36,110 nucleotides of DNA. Source: Lama guanicoe (taxonomy: Eukaryota). Under the pieces are notes generated by a model. It was given only the letters and a program-made list of their open reading frames with translations. It did not search any database and was not told where the DNA came from. A program made the translations under genes and the position numbers. The stretch covers positions 1 to 36,110 of the forward strand of contig MU054145.1 of the NCBI GenBank assembly GCA_013239625.1, given 5' to 3'. Every line of letters starts with the position of its first letter. The stretch's first letter is position 1. Positions 1-10,670 of the stretch are shown in pieces.

Positions 1-206
1 CCCTTTAATGCATTATGAACAAATGGAGATGCATTATGTAATGTTGGTATTCTGGGAGACCTGGATTCAAGAAGGATAAATCAATACTTCATGCATATAT
101 AAGTTCTTCCTTTCAAGAAGCTCAAAGCCTTGTTTTCTTCTTCATGTGAACCAAGTTAAAACAACCCCAAAACTCTTGACTGAAAACTTCATTTTCTTTT
201 AATAAG

Positions 207-245
207 TTTGTATAAATATCAGATAATCTTTCCGTCAAAGTCCTG
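207..245 (+). pseudogene. Candidate exon (39 nt, phase 2/2; LYKYQIIFPSKS)
   Basis: Pyrimidine tract attttcttttaataag as acceptor and gtaagc donor at 246. Open in the frame that joins exon 735. Confidence 0.35.
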
Positions 246-734
246 GTAAGCAGTTCTGCGTATTTCACTCTAGTTGTGCATATAGAATGTCTAGGATGCT
301 AGCGAGTGTTCAGGTTTTTGAATGCATAATCATATTTCCACATGCAGCCCAGAGGAAAAGTAATTTGGTTGAATGCCCCTTGTGTTCCTTTTTTCTGTGC
401 ACGTGTGCTATATATACTAGGATTTTGAAAAATGTAAGGAACAGTAACACTCCACCTATCCACCTATCAGATTTCTAGCAAAAACAATCACCCAGGGCAC
501 AACTGAAAGCCCGAATTAAATGAATCACCTGAAAACAGCAAGTAATGAAAAAACCATCTGTTTTCTGAGCCTGGGTCTTGTACTCTTAGAAGAGTAGTAC
601 TGTATAGAAAATTAAAGTTATCATTTTACTTAGCTTGGTGATTTGGTTTCCCCTGAAAATATTATACCTACCTTGCCTTGGGAATGTACAGCCATTTAAT
701 TTATTTCTATTTTTTAATTGTTTTTTTGGTACAG

Positions 735-769
735 CCATGTTAGCAATCTTAGCCAATGCTGGTCAGAAC
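735..769 (+). pseudogene. Candidate exon (35 nt, phase 2/1; HVSNLSQCWSE)
   Basis: Long T tract ending ggtacag, with gtatgt donor at 770. Phase matches both neighbours. Confidence 0.45.
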
Positions 770-879
770 GTATGTCCACAGCTGTGAAAACTGATAGCAA
801 ACTGCACAGAAGAGAGAACAAATGAACATTTCAAAAGAACATCAGACCGTAGTCAGTAGTTGACCACAGTGATTCGATG

Positions 880-1230
880 ATTCATTTAATCATTCAACAT
901 ATACATATTGAAAGAATATTTTGTGCAAATGGGGCAAAAATAAAGTGTGTGGACATATGAGAGCACTGCTTGTAATGGGGAACAGGAAAACACTGAATGT
1001 GACTTAAAAAAAAAACCTTTAATGTGCTAAAGGGCACGTTAGGGCAGGAGGCTAGACGGCAATGGTGATACAGTCATAGGTTGGAGTCAGAGTGTGGAGG
1101 GCCTTCGATCTAGGAGTTTGAAATTTGCTGGGGGACAATGAGAAGCCACCATCAGAACCTTTTAAGAGTGATGTGGAATTGGAATTTATGTTTTGGAAAA
1201 TTCACTCTGTGGACACATGAGGTATGAGGG
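880..1230 (-). mobile_element. L2 LINE fragments
   Basis: ttcatttaatcattcaaca is an L2 3' end motif, followed by degenerate L2 body (gagaagccac...ttatgttttggaaaattcactctg). Boundaries approximate. Confidence 0.5.
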
Positions 1231-1460
1231 GCATATTCTGTTTTGGCTCATGTAAAAAAAAGATCTAACCCTAAACGTGGATTTCTGTCTTGTAGAATAT
1301 TCATACATGTGCTTATATGCATAGATTGTCTTTGAAAGGACGTATAAAAACTGGTAATACCGGATGCCTCCGAGGCAGGAAAATGAGGATCTGTGACTCC
1401 AGCTTTGTTTGGGTGGGAGAGACTTTTTACTGCCTACCCTTTACACTGATTTTCACGAGG

Positions 1461-1920
1461 TGTCTTAGCCCTCGTTCTCTGGAAGCAGAGCCCAAGGCTA
1501 GATTAACGTGCTGATGCTTTATTTGGGAGGGCAAGTCCAGGGATTTGCGGGTGAAGAACAGAAGGTCCAGGAGAGGCACGGAGCAGTGCGAGGCAGTGAA
1601 TTCCGGAGCTGGTGTCTGTTTCACTGCAGGCACTGTGTAGAAACATGGCAGGTGGTTCACAGCAGGTGTGTTTGTTCAGCACCACTGTTGCTGGACTTTT
1701 CTGGACAGCTTGGAAAGAGAACCTACTTCTTGGAGCAATCTTCAAAAGGGAGGAGGGAGGAGGGAGAAGGGAGAGGGAGTTTACTTGCTTAAGTCACTTA
1801 CTGGTCAAGTTTACCTCATGGAGAGCTAACATCCAGTCCTTCCAAGTTGCATCATCCAGCCACTCAGGGACTACTCAGGAAGCCAGGTTACACAGCTGGG
1901 TGTGGCATTTCATTCGTGTC
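1461..1920 (-). mobile_element. ERVL-class solo LTR (LTR16/LTR33/LTR41-like)
   Basis: Begins tgtcttagccctcgttctctggaagcagag...tttatttgggagg, typical of the reverse-complemented end of these LTRs. Right boundary approximate. Confidence 0.55.
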
Positions 1921-2086
1921 CAGCAATGGAGAAGTGGCTTACTGTATTTAGGCTTGGACTATGATATACAATGGGTAGACAGGTCTGGGACTTGAACTTG
2001 GATTCTGGCCAGCTCAGTGAACTCTACAAAGGAGGTGGCTGTACTGTCCAGGAGGTGGGCCAAACATATTTGGAAAGCAGGATCTT

Positions 2087-2236
2087 TTAAAAATTTTTTT
2101 TATTAAAGTGTAGTTGATTTACAATGTGTTAATTTCTGGTGTACAGTATAGTGATTCAGTTTTATATATATATATACATATACATATATATATATATATT
2201 CTTTTTCAGATTACTTTTCATTATAGGTTATTACAG
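2087..2236 (-). mobile_element. 5'-truncated L1 3' end with internal (TA)n and 16 bp target-site duplication
   Basis: T tail followed by ttattaaagtgtagttgatttacaatg...gtgattcagtt. TSD tggaaagcaggatctt (2071-2086) / tggaaagcaggctctt (2237-2252), 1 mismatch. Confidence 0.85.
2163..2199. repeat. (TA)n/(TACA) microsatellite inside the L1 fragment
   Basis: Directly visible alternating TA run. Confidence 0.9.
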
Positions 2237-2339
2237 TGGAAAGCAGGCTCTTGATGCCATTTGAAAAATTACACAGGTTCATATCTAAATCACTTTTTTT
2301 AATGTATCTTTTTTAAGAAAAAAAGCTACTGGGAAAAAC

Positions 2340-2830
2340 CAGCATGCTGCTTCTTGTAGCAATGTGAAAGGTGATTTGAAGAAAGAAAGAATGGAGGTGA
2401 GGAGTCTAGTTAGGGGGGAATATTGTGATTGTTTCAGTGACAACAGATTAAAGCAGTAAAAGTAAGAAGAGATAGAAAAGATTCAGAAAGTAGTTTCACT
2501 AGGAGTAGGTTGCTGACTGGATGTAAGGAACATGGCAGAAGATGCTAAGAATGACTGTAAGGCTTCTAGGTTAGACTACAGAAAACTGGAGGAAGAACCA
2601 GTCGACTAGGTTTGTGAGGGGAGATAATGAGGTAGGCTTGGTCCGTGTTGACTCAGAGGTGGCAGAAAACAGAGACATTCTGATAATGATACTCTATTTG
2701 TAGTTAGAAATACATACCTGGAGTTTAAAAGAAGATCGAGGCTGGAGAAACATTTTGGGTCATATGGATAGATGTACACAGTAGGTAAACTTGAGTTGTT
2801 TGAGTCTGAAAGAATGGAGGAGATCCTCAA
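2340..2830 (-). mobile_element. L2 LINE fragment
   Basis: Purine-rich degenerate L2 motifs such as aagaatgactgtaaggcttctagg and gaggctggagaaacattttgggtcat. Boundaries approximate. Confidence 0.55.
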
Positions 2831-3349
2831 AGGATATTTTCCTTATCTGTTCAAAAGGCAGAGATACATATACTACATTTAGGAATGTATCCATTAAAAT
2901 GGTTTGCCTTAACACTTAGTAGGTACATTAGCATTATTAAGCAGAAACACAGAAGTCACGCTACTAGTAGTCAGTCATTGTATGTTGGATCCCCATCACG
3001 TACAGATCACCATCCTAAGTGCTCTGAGACAATAATACAATAAATGATAGGCAAGATACCTCCCCTAGCTGCTGACAATAGAAGGCAAAGACAAGCTAGA
3101 TGCATGAAACATAGACATTAACCACCTCGTAAAAGCTACCAAAGACGTTACTAATCAAACTTGTATATCCCCAAGCAACTAAAACATATGCATAGTAACC
3201 ACAAAGATGTCTTATGTTAAAAAAAATAGAAGTTATTTATTAATCTGAACAGAGTTGTTCTATAATCAGTCTTTGCTCTCTTTAACACATAACAATAATT
3301 ATACCAATGGTGGTAGTATCTTATTCAATCAGAGATTATCTTTCCTCAG

Positions 3350-3448
3350 GTCTAGAGGGTCCAAATGAGACCAGTGTATAAAGTAACATTTTTCAGGCCA
3401 AATGTACACTGATGGGAAGAACAGACTTTAAGATAATGAACTTTGTTG
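3350..3448 (+). pseudogene. Candidate exon (99 nt, phase 1/1; LEGPNETSV*SNIFQAKCTLMGRTDFKIMNFV)
   Basis: ttatctttcctcag acceptor and gtatag donor. One TAA at 3379-3381. Confidence 0.45.
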
Positions 3449-3529
3449 GTATAGATAATAAATGTGGGTAATTCAAGACTAAGTGATAAGAGCTGATTCT
3501 TTTCCTCCTGAATTAAAATGATCATCGTT

Positions 3530-3745
3530 TATCAAATATTTAGTATGTGTTCAACACTCTGTTCAATACTTTAAAGGATTTTATCTTATTAAGCTGTTAT
3601 AATTACTCCAAGGCAAAAATTATCCCCAGGCAAAAATTATCCCCATTTTACAGTGAGGAAATTGAGACTCAGAAAGGTCAAGCCATTTTCCCAAGGGTAT
3701 GCAAAAGCGGTGGTAGTCATGGTTAAAACTCTGGTAGCCATTGCT
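3530..3745 (-). mobile_element. MIR SINE
   Basis: MIR core ccccattttacagtgaggaaattgagactcagaaaggtcaag. Confidence 0.75.
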
Positions 3746-3750
3746 CACAC

Positions 3751-4161
3751 TGTCTGGTGTATTCAGTTCGCTGTTCCTTCCAGAACACAGAGGATTATCC
3801 TTCTCCACCTCCTTGAAATTAGAGGAGGCCAGACGACTAGTTCTGCCTGATGTAATGAGATCAAAAGTGACATGTCACTTTCAGGAGGAAGCATTGAAAC
3901 GCTCAGGCTCAACTCTCCAGTCCTGTCTTCCCACGTTGCAGTGGACCCTGTAGTGTTGTATTAAAATGACAGCATTTAAAGTTGGAGCTTCCATCAGCCT
4001 GAATGACAATTATGTGGAGCAGAATCCCTCAACCTCTTGCTCCCCACCCAATGGGCAATGTATATCGGATAAACAACAATAGTGAAAAATAAGCCTTTGC
4101 TATTTTACTGAAGCCACTGTGATTTTGGAGTTTGTCGATATCACAGAATAACCTAGCCTAT
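3751..4161 (+). mobile_element. MLT1 (MaLR) solo LTR, MLT1H/I/J-like
   Basis: gtgacatgtcacttt, aaataagcctttg...aagccactg and ataacctagcctatc at the 3' end are MLT1 hallmarks. Confidence 0.75.
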
Positions 4162-4197
4162 CTTTTTTTTTAACTGTTTTTTTTTAATTGATTCCAG

Positions 4198-4281
4198 GAA
4201 TGAGGCTAAGAGAAACCCTGCTCTATTTTACCATAAATACTATTAATCCACAGATGACTTCTTTGTATACAGAAATGATTG
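4198..4281 (+). pseudogene. Exon (84 nt, phase 1/1; MRLRETLLYFTINTINPQMTSLYTEMI)
   Basis: Long T tract ending attccag, gtttga donor, fully open frame. TINTINP resembles the I-x-x-L-x-P start of RPA-type OB folds. Confidence 0.6.
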
Positions 4282-4676
4282 GTTTGAATTTAAATGAGTT
4301 GATATTCAGAGTTTCCAACCAGACTCAGATAAAACAATGAAATTATCCAGTGACTGTGGCTAAGTTTTATAGTTGCTACTTAGATTGCCTCAACAGTCTC
4401 GTATTTTCAGTCCACCAGATATGAGAAAAAGAGAGTGCTACATTCCACAGTTCTGATGCATACTAGACCCTGAAAGTATATACTTTGCCTTCGCTATTAT
4501 TGACTTCTTCATTCCTAACCTCATTCCCAAGGAAACTCACCCATTTCCTCCACCAGGTCCGGGGCAAGTGTCTTAAGTCCCTAGCCTCTCTGGATTGACA
4601 GTCTACACATTTTTGCTCCATATTCTGCTCTCTTTCCACTTTGTACTGTTATTTTTTGAATTGGCTGTTCTTATAG

Positions 4677-4751
4677 CCTAAATAGACCACATAATTATAA
4701 CTCAAAAAAAATTTGTGCCACAAATACTTGGTTTCTCATTATTTTGATTTC
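4677..4751 (+). pseudogene. Exon (75 nt), disabled; A*IDHIIITQKK... with probable frameshift
   Basis: ggctgttcttatag acceptor and perfect gtaagt donor at 4752. Entering in phase 1 gives TAA at 4679. A frameshift (A8 run) is needed to exit in phase 2. Confidence 0.5.
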
Positions 4752-5433
4752 GTAAGTAGAATGGTGAGAGTTGGAGAGGTCTCAATTTAGATTTCTTCAG
4801 TTAAGCCAAGAGAAATGAGAGTGCCATCAAGGAAAACACCTTCCATATACAGAATCTGCTGGAAATGCATGAACACTAAATCGTTTTACATCATGTACTT
4901 GATCTGAAAGCTGCCAGGAAAGAGAAATACATATTTGTCTGGGGATCCAACTTCCTAGTCAAGCTGCCAAAGCAACCCGCAGGCTCAACAGTGCTCACTG
5001 GGTCCATGTATTTTTCCACATCCCTGGGGTCTGAATGTGTCAGTGTGTAACTTAGATGGAAGTTGATCCTCAGCTAATTGACAAATTCACCAGGAAGTTC
5101 TGGTGCAAAAGTAATCACAGTCCACAAGAATACTGGTGTTGGCCTTGAAGTGTAACATGACATTTTGGGACTAAGCCCAGTTAGAAGCTCCTCTCTTGTT
5201 TCTTGAATGCACCTTAAAAAGCATCTTGAGTAATGAAATGAAAATTAAAGTAGCTCTGTGTTCCTGGAACTGAGTTAGGATCAACATTTAAAAATCAAGT
5301 TTGTGTCAGCAGACTAGACTTAAATGTGGAAAACTACTTGATTGTGATTCATCTATGTTTGCCTCTGATGAATAAATGTATTATTCTGATGATGACTTCT
5401 GGTAGCAATGGTCAGGCTAATTTTCTCTATTAG

Positions 5434-5580
5434 CCTTCATGCTGTGAACGTATTTATTCTAGCGATGTTTGATATGACTGATAGAAGGTTTCTATGGGCA
5501 ACACTGTCCAGGGAACAAAAGAATCAAGTCATCTTCCTTGCAAATTTGACTCTAAATGTTAGTGGATCGAACTTTACTTT
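5434..5580 (+). pseudogene. Exon (147 nt, phase 2/2; LHAVNVFILAMFDMTDRRFLWATLSREQKNQVIFLANLTLNVSGSNFT)
   Basis: Branch-like ctaat followed by tttctctattag acceptor, perfect gtaagt donor at 5581, and 48 open codons. The best-preserved exon. Confidence 0.75.
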
Positions 5581-6009
5581 GTAAGTGTACTGGGCCTAAG
5601 TGTCACGTATTGAGAAATAGTTTAAAAATCATGTGAAACAAATATTTCCAGGTAAAATCTTATTTCAGTTAAATACCTGCAAATTCTACCAAAAAAAGTT
5701 CTGCTTTTGTCAGGGGAACACTGTGTCTTCATCTCCTTTAAATTTCAGTTTTCCTTACTTCTAGTTTGTTTTTCTAACTCTTCTTCCCTTAAAATACGTT
5801 TTAATTGAGTATCATCTTGTAATTCAATCTTGAGGCTCCACTAATGTCAGAATGCCCGAGTGAAGTGTGTGTGTGATTTAGAAACAGCTACAGAATTCAG
5901 AGATTGAATTACAGCCAAAGTATTCTTTGGGGGCTCAGTGATGCTATCTGCAACATATTATTCAGGCATATTCATAAGTGATAAGTCATTTTACTATTTG
6001 CATAGGATA

Positions 6010-6525
6010 TCTCTTATGCACCACTTCAAATCTCTCAGCCTCACCTCTTATTCCAGCCACATCTGTGGTAATCAGTTCTTGTGACCAGCTTGGCACAGGG
6101 GAAACCTGACAGCACTTCACCTCAAGCCTGCACTAAATGTCTCTTGCCTCCTGCCCTGGGCTTCTCTGATACCACACAACGGGTCATGCTGGGAACCTGC
6201 TCATTGCTCACACAAATGCAACCTGAAAGTGCTGGGAAATGAATGCTTCCTAGGGTAAGCCTTGACCGACAAGGGATGAAATTCAATGAATAATGTTTTC
6301 CCCTTTCTTCTCCTGAGAAGACCATTCTTAGAAACATGTTCTAAGTTTTCTCACAAGAGTCAGCAGGAGCCCACAGCCAGTCGCCTGCAGGAGTGGCCAC
6401 CTTGCTAAGGCATCCTTGGACTGGATTCTTTCCCTGCCTCTTTCACTCCCACGGTCTCTGGCTCCTGTTCCCTGAATCATAGTTCCAAATGGGTTGTTCT
6501 CTGGCTTTAATTTTAGGCTAAGATA
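6010..6525 (+). mobile_element. ERVL LTR16-family solo LTR
   Basis: cctcctgccctgggcttctctga and gggaaatgaatgcttcctagggtaagccttgacc motifs, ending ttaggctaagata. Boundaries approximate. Confidence 0.6.
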
Positions 6526-6769
6526 CTGTATGCCTCAGGAATTAAATTTAGACTAATCCAAATCCCAATCTTTATCACAGCTTACTGACCACATTATTAG
6601 AGAAAACATCCTAGGATGCCCCCTTGGAAAGAAATCTATGATTTATCCATTTGTAGAAGAAAAGGAACTAAATCATGGAAAGAATAAGTTTATTCAAGGT
6701 AGATAACTCTAAGGATTATATACAAATGACACAGAATATTGAGGTGCGCATACCAAAAAGAGTCCTTGG

Positions 6770-6920
6770 TCTCATTCATTCATTCATTTCAATTAATCTT
6801 CAGTAAGTGAATACGCGGTGCCAGGCACTCTGCTGGGTGTTAAGACGACAGAGGCAAGTATAGCAGACATGGCCCCTCTCCTCACGGAGCTTCAATCTGT
6901 AGATTTTACAGTGGTCAGTC
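6770..6920 (-). mobile_element. L2 3' end
   Basis: (cattcatt)n followed by gtgccaggcactctgctggg...acagacatggcccctctcctcacggagctt. Confidence 0.75.
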
Positions 6921-7181
6921 AGATATACATCAGTGCAAGAAATATGCCCAGCAGAGGAAAGCCGCAATTCTTTCTTCAGAACAACCTCTCCTCTCACACC
7001 CAAATAACTCCAGAAGCAAATCTATAGGTAAAAGTAGCGGCCACGGAAGGGAGAGTAAGAGTAGTTAGTAGAGTCCAGAGCTCAGCCCAACAACCAATTA
7101 AGAAAACTTTCTTCTTACAGTCACTGAAGCAGTTTCCTATTTGGCCTTTCTGTATCATGACTTTACAAATGACTTTTCCAG

Positions 7182-7261
7182 AGAAGAGCTAAAGGGTCCT
7201 GCTCAAGATTTCCTCCCAAAGACGAGCTCACCAGACTGTTGTCAACTTTGACCCAGAGAAC
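7182..7261 (+). pseudogene. Exon (80 nt), disabled; EEL[+1]RVLLKISSQRRAHQTVVNFDPEN
   Basis: gacttttccag acceptor and gtaagc donor at 7262. It is one base too long for phase 2/0 (aaaggg at 7191-7196). Without the shift the frame hits TGA. Confidence 0.6.
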
Positions 7262-7859
7262 GTAAGCTGCATGAGGTGTTTATCGTCCACACTAGATTTG
7301 CAGTTGGACAGTCAAGGAGGCAATTACTCAAAGAACTGTTTGAAGAAAGGAAAAGAAAAAAACAACAACCTGACTTTTAAGACTTTACATGGTACTCTAG
7401 CTATCCAGATTAATTTGGGTCTGGGTTTGAAATACCATCTAAATTATGCATCTTTGCTCTGGGGTTCACTAACACTTTTCTCAAGCTTCAAGGACTGCCA
7501 TCTCACCTTAATCTCATGTGACTAGATGTAACTAACAATGCTTAGTGTCTCAATATGTTAGGGCACTTACATCTCCTTCTCAGTGGGTAATCTCAGGGCC
7601 TCTGAAGAGCTCACAAAGCAAAAGGGAATGAGGAAATTATGTTGAGAAAGATAATATACTAAAGTTTATCTCAATAAAGACTAACCGGATTGCTTTAAAA
7701 ATGAGGTTGTCTTCTTGACTGAGCGTCCTGTTTATTGGAAGGTTACAGAAAATATTTGCATTGAGATAGTTTCCAAAATGAGAGTCTCCTATTCTGCCTT
7801 GATAATGTACTAGAGTAAATATCCAATCCTCTCAGTTTTGTGTTTGAAGTCTTGAATAA

Positions 7860-8055
7860 TAATAGCTAATACTAATGCCGGCCCTAGGCCACTGTACTAA
7901 ATGCTTTACACAATTCTGTTATTCAGACGTCACCACAAATCTGTAAGGCAAATACTTTTATTAGCCACATTTTCCAGGAAGCTCAGGGTTTATGAAACTT
8001 GCCCAGGTTACATAGCTAGTTAGGGGCAGAATTGGAACTTGAGTCTAGATTCAAA
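7860..8055 (-). mobile_element. MIR SINE
   Basis: aataatagctaatact...acttgcccaggttacatagctagttagg...agaattggaact. Confidence 0.7.
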
Positions 8056-8059
8056 AGAA

Positions 8060-8540
8060 AGATGGTTGATATAGAAGGGATTTAACATGTAATAGTTGGT
8101 ATCTTTGAAAGATGGACCAGAATTATCCCAAAGATTGCAAGACATAATAAAATAAAACTTTTCTGAAAATCTCAGACATTGCAAATCAAAAGAGCTCTTG
8201 GAAAAAAATATTAGAAAATGCTTAAGGTCAAGAAATATCCTTTTAAGGTTGTTGAACTTCAAGGACAAAGAAGGAAACTTACAAATATTTCTACAAAAGA
8301 AATAGATGACTCACAAAACAAAATGAAACAAAATCAACAAAATTTCAGACTGGTCTCAAAATTCTCGTTAACACTGTATTCAAGAAAACAATGGAGCAGA
8401 TCTTCAAGGTATAGCGTATGAAAGGCTGTAGCCCAATGATTCTGAATCTATCTAGTATGTTGTTTATTTTAAAGATAAAAGAAAAACATCCCCAAATATG
8501 TAAGAAATCATAGATTTTATCGTCTACTTATCCTTCTTGG
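8060..8540 (+). mobile_element. Old L1/HAL1 ORF1-region fragment
   Basis: A-rich, with ORF1-like motifs (aatttcagactggtctca...agaaaacaatggagcagatcttcaag). Accounts for ORF 8218-8421. Confidence 0.55.
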
Positions 8541-9064
8541 AAAACCTTGATAAAATGTTTCTGGTTAATGCAAAGTTCCACCAGAAAAGTTCCCCCATGC
8601 TAAGTGAATAGCTGTTGTAATTCTGATGTTAGAGATTCCTTTAGGTTAAAACGTGACTCTTTTAAAATGCAAATACTTCTGGGAAGGCTAACATATTAAG
8701 CATTTCACAGTCATTAACAACATCTTAATAAGTTTAATTGATCAAATATTTCCCTCCTCACAGCTAAGCTGAGGTCAGGTGAACCCGCTGCAAAAGAATT
8801 TTGATGTGGTGAGAAAAAGAACATTTTAGAAGGAAGGTAGATGGAAAAGACTGAATGTGTTGCCAAGCAAATCCAGAAAGCATTTGTGTGCCCTTAAGAC
8901 ATAGTGACTTATTTGACAGTTTTGCTTAAGACTGGCTCAGCACAAGATGATGAATGTAGAAAATTGAGCAAAATCTGGACTGAATCCAAAACATACATTG
9001 AAAGTACTTTAAACATGAATCCTTCATGTTGTTATCTGTTATTTGCTTTTATATTCTTCCTCAG

Positions 9065-9279
9065 AATTACAAAAGCTTGTTAACTGAGGGTTGCAGTTTC
9101 AAAAAAAGTTTCACTTGAAGTGATCCTTCTTAATTCAGCAAAGGAGAGCCATTCTTGGGTTGAACTAGAATGGATTTTAAGGATCACTGACAAAGAATAA
9201 AAAAAAAATCATGGAGTCTTTTGTGTATTTTGTACCAGTATTAATGGGTTCCCCCTTTTTAATCTTGCATTTAGCTAAG
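9065..9279 (+). pseudogene. Exon (215 nt), disabled; NYKSLLTEGCSFKK[+1]VSLEVILLNSAKESHSWVELEWIL[+1]GSLTKNKKKIMESFVYFVPVLMGSPFLILHLAK
   Basis: atattcttcctcag acceptor and AAG|gtacaa donor. Three open blocks (9065-9106, 9108-9179, 9181-9279) are offset by single bases. Confidence 0.55.
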
Positions 9280-9334
9280 GTACAAAGCAATTGTACGCTC
9301 CTTAGCTTTAAGAAATTGAGCATAACAGTGCATA

Positions 9335-9467
9335 GGGGGAGGGTATAGCTCAGTGGTAGAGCATGTGCTTAGCATAGACAAGATCCTAGGTTCAATCCCC
9401 AGTACCTCCATTAAAAAAAAATAATTAAAAAATAAATAAACTTAATTGCCCCCCCAATTTTAAAAAA
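9335..9467 (+). mobile_element. tRNA-derived camelid SINE (Vic-1-like)
   Basis: A box tagctcagtggtag, B box ggttcaatccc, A-rich linker, C-run, A tail. Degenerate TSD aacagtgcata / aacagtatatg. Confidence 0.9.
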
Positions 9468-9780
9468 CAGTATATGGACTTTCATGTCTGTCACACACTT
9501 ACTATAGCCACAGTTCTGAAAAAGTGTCGAAAAAGGTGACCCTGTCTCCTTAGTATTTAAATATTAGGACTTAAACTGTTTATTGCATTCTAATGAATAT
9601 GTAAAATAGAAATTTCTCTTGGAGCCCTATGGAGCTGTATGACTCACAACAGCTTCAAAAGGGAAAGAAAAAATATAGGTTCATTAAGGAACCCAGAATT
9701 TAAATGATGCCCTTGTAGATACTCAACCCCGGGTCAGATCGTAATGTTCAGAAAGCTCAGAATTATGTATTGATAATGAC

Positions 9781-10448
9781 AGAGGTCAGCTCTAGCAGGA
9801 AATGCAGTTATACTGCATTGGGAGAAAATACATTCTCGGGGGGAAAAAAAAAAGCCATCGTATTATTTACGAAGGGGAAAAAAACCCAAAATCTTAACTG
9901 GCGTTCTACCACTGTTCCTACCATAGTTCTTTTCCAGGTTCTTTCACATTGGATGTGGTATATATAATGGTTAAGTGCGTGGATTCTGGAAACTAATTGC
10001 CTGGTTTTAAATCCCACCTCTGACACTGAGTAGCTGTTTGACATTGGGCAAGTTACTTAACTTTGCCTCAGTTTCCACATCTGTTAAATGGGGGGATATG
10101 AATACTAACTTTTAAGAGGTCAGCTCTAGCAGGAAATGCAGTTATACTGCATTGGGAGAAAATACATTCTCGGGGGGAAAAAAAAAGCCATCGTATTATT
10201 TACGAAGGGGAAAAAAACCCAAAATCTTAACTGGCGTTCCACCACTGTTCCTACCATAGTTCTTTTCCAGGTTCTTTCACATTGGATGTGGTATATATAA
10301 TGGTTAAGTGCGTGGATTCTGGAAACTAATTGCCTGGTTTTAAATCCCACCTCTGACACTGAGTAGCTGTTTGACATTGGGCAAGTTACTTAACTTTGCC
10401 TCAGTTTCCACATCTGTTAAATGGGGGGATATGAGTACTAACTTTTTA
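9781..10448. repeat. Head-to-tail tandem duplication, 2 x 334 bp, about 99% identical
   Basis: Copy 1 is 9781-10114 and copy 2 is 10115-10448. Differences seen: 2 substitutions and 2 homopolymer length changes. Confidence 0.97.
9955..10114 (+). mobile_element. MIR SINE, truncated copy created by the tandem duplication
   Basis: gggcaagttacttaac...cctcagtttccacatctgttaaatggg, stopping at the duplication junction. Confidence 0.8.
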
Positions 10449-10545
10449 TTGTTGTTGCAAGGATGAAATAAGTAAAAATGTCTGTTAAGTTGCTAGAACA
10501 ATATCTGCCACATTCTAAGTACTAAGTATGCTAGCTGTTATCATT
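10288..10545 (+). mobile_element. MIR SINE, near full length
   Basis: Same core as the truncated copy, but it continues into the MIR 3' part (gttgttgcaaggatgaaataag...tagctgttat). Confidence 0.8.
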
Positions 10546-10634
10546 TAGAATTTACTGTGATGCTTCTTAGCAATTGTTATTATTGTGATGCTTAAATAGT
10601 AATGCCCTTATACTGCATTCCACAATTTGTAAAG

Positions 10635-10670
10635 TGTCATTTATATGCCAGTGGTATCTATGCTTTCCAG
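10635..10670 (+). pseudogene. Candidate small exon (CHLYASGIYAFQ; alternative donor at 10654)
   Basis: Strong CAG|gtaaga donor, weak aag acceptor, open in phase 0. The alternative donor gtatct would give the phase 1 exit needed for exon 16658. Confidence 0.35.

Noticed and set aside
1317..1995. Cluster of overlapping ORFs up to 127 aa
   Set aside because: They lie mostly in a higher-GC ERVL LTR, where stops are rarer; no recognisable protein.
4801..4894. Open, phase-compatible (1/2) alternative exon VKPREMRVPSRKTPSIYRICWKCMNTKSFYI
   Set aside because: Weak donor (gtactt). Nearby 4677-4751 has much better splice sites and fits the OB motif. Not fully excluded.
5434..5580. Three N-x-S/T sequons suggesting a secreted glycoprotein
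   Set aside because: No signal peptide or consistent extracellular domain in the other exons; such sequons arise often by chance.
9335..9410. tRNA-like sequence with A and B boxes
   Set aside because: It is followed by an A-rich tail and a degenerate TSD and recurs twice more in the window, so it is a SINE head, not a tRNA gene.
9808..10377. Two near-identical - strand ORFs (78 and 83 aa)
   Set aside because: By-product of the 334 bp duplication and partly MIR-derived; no coding features.
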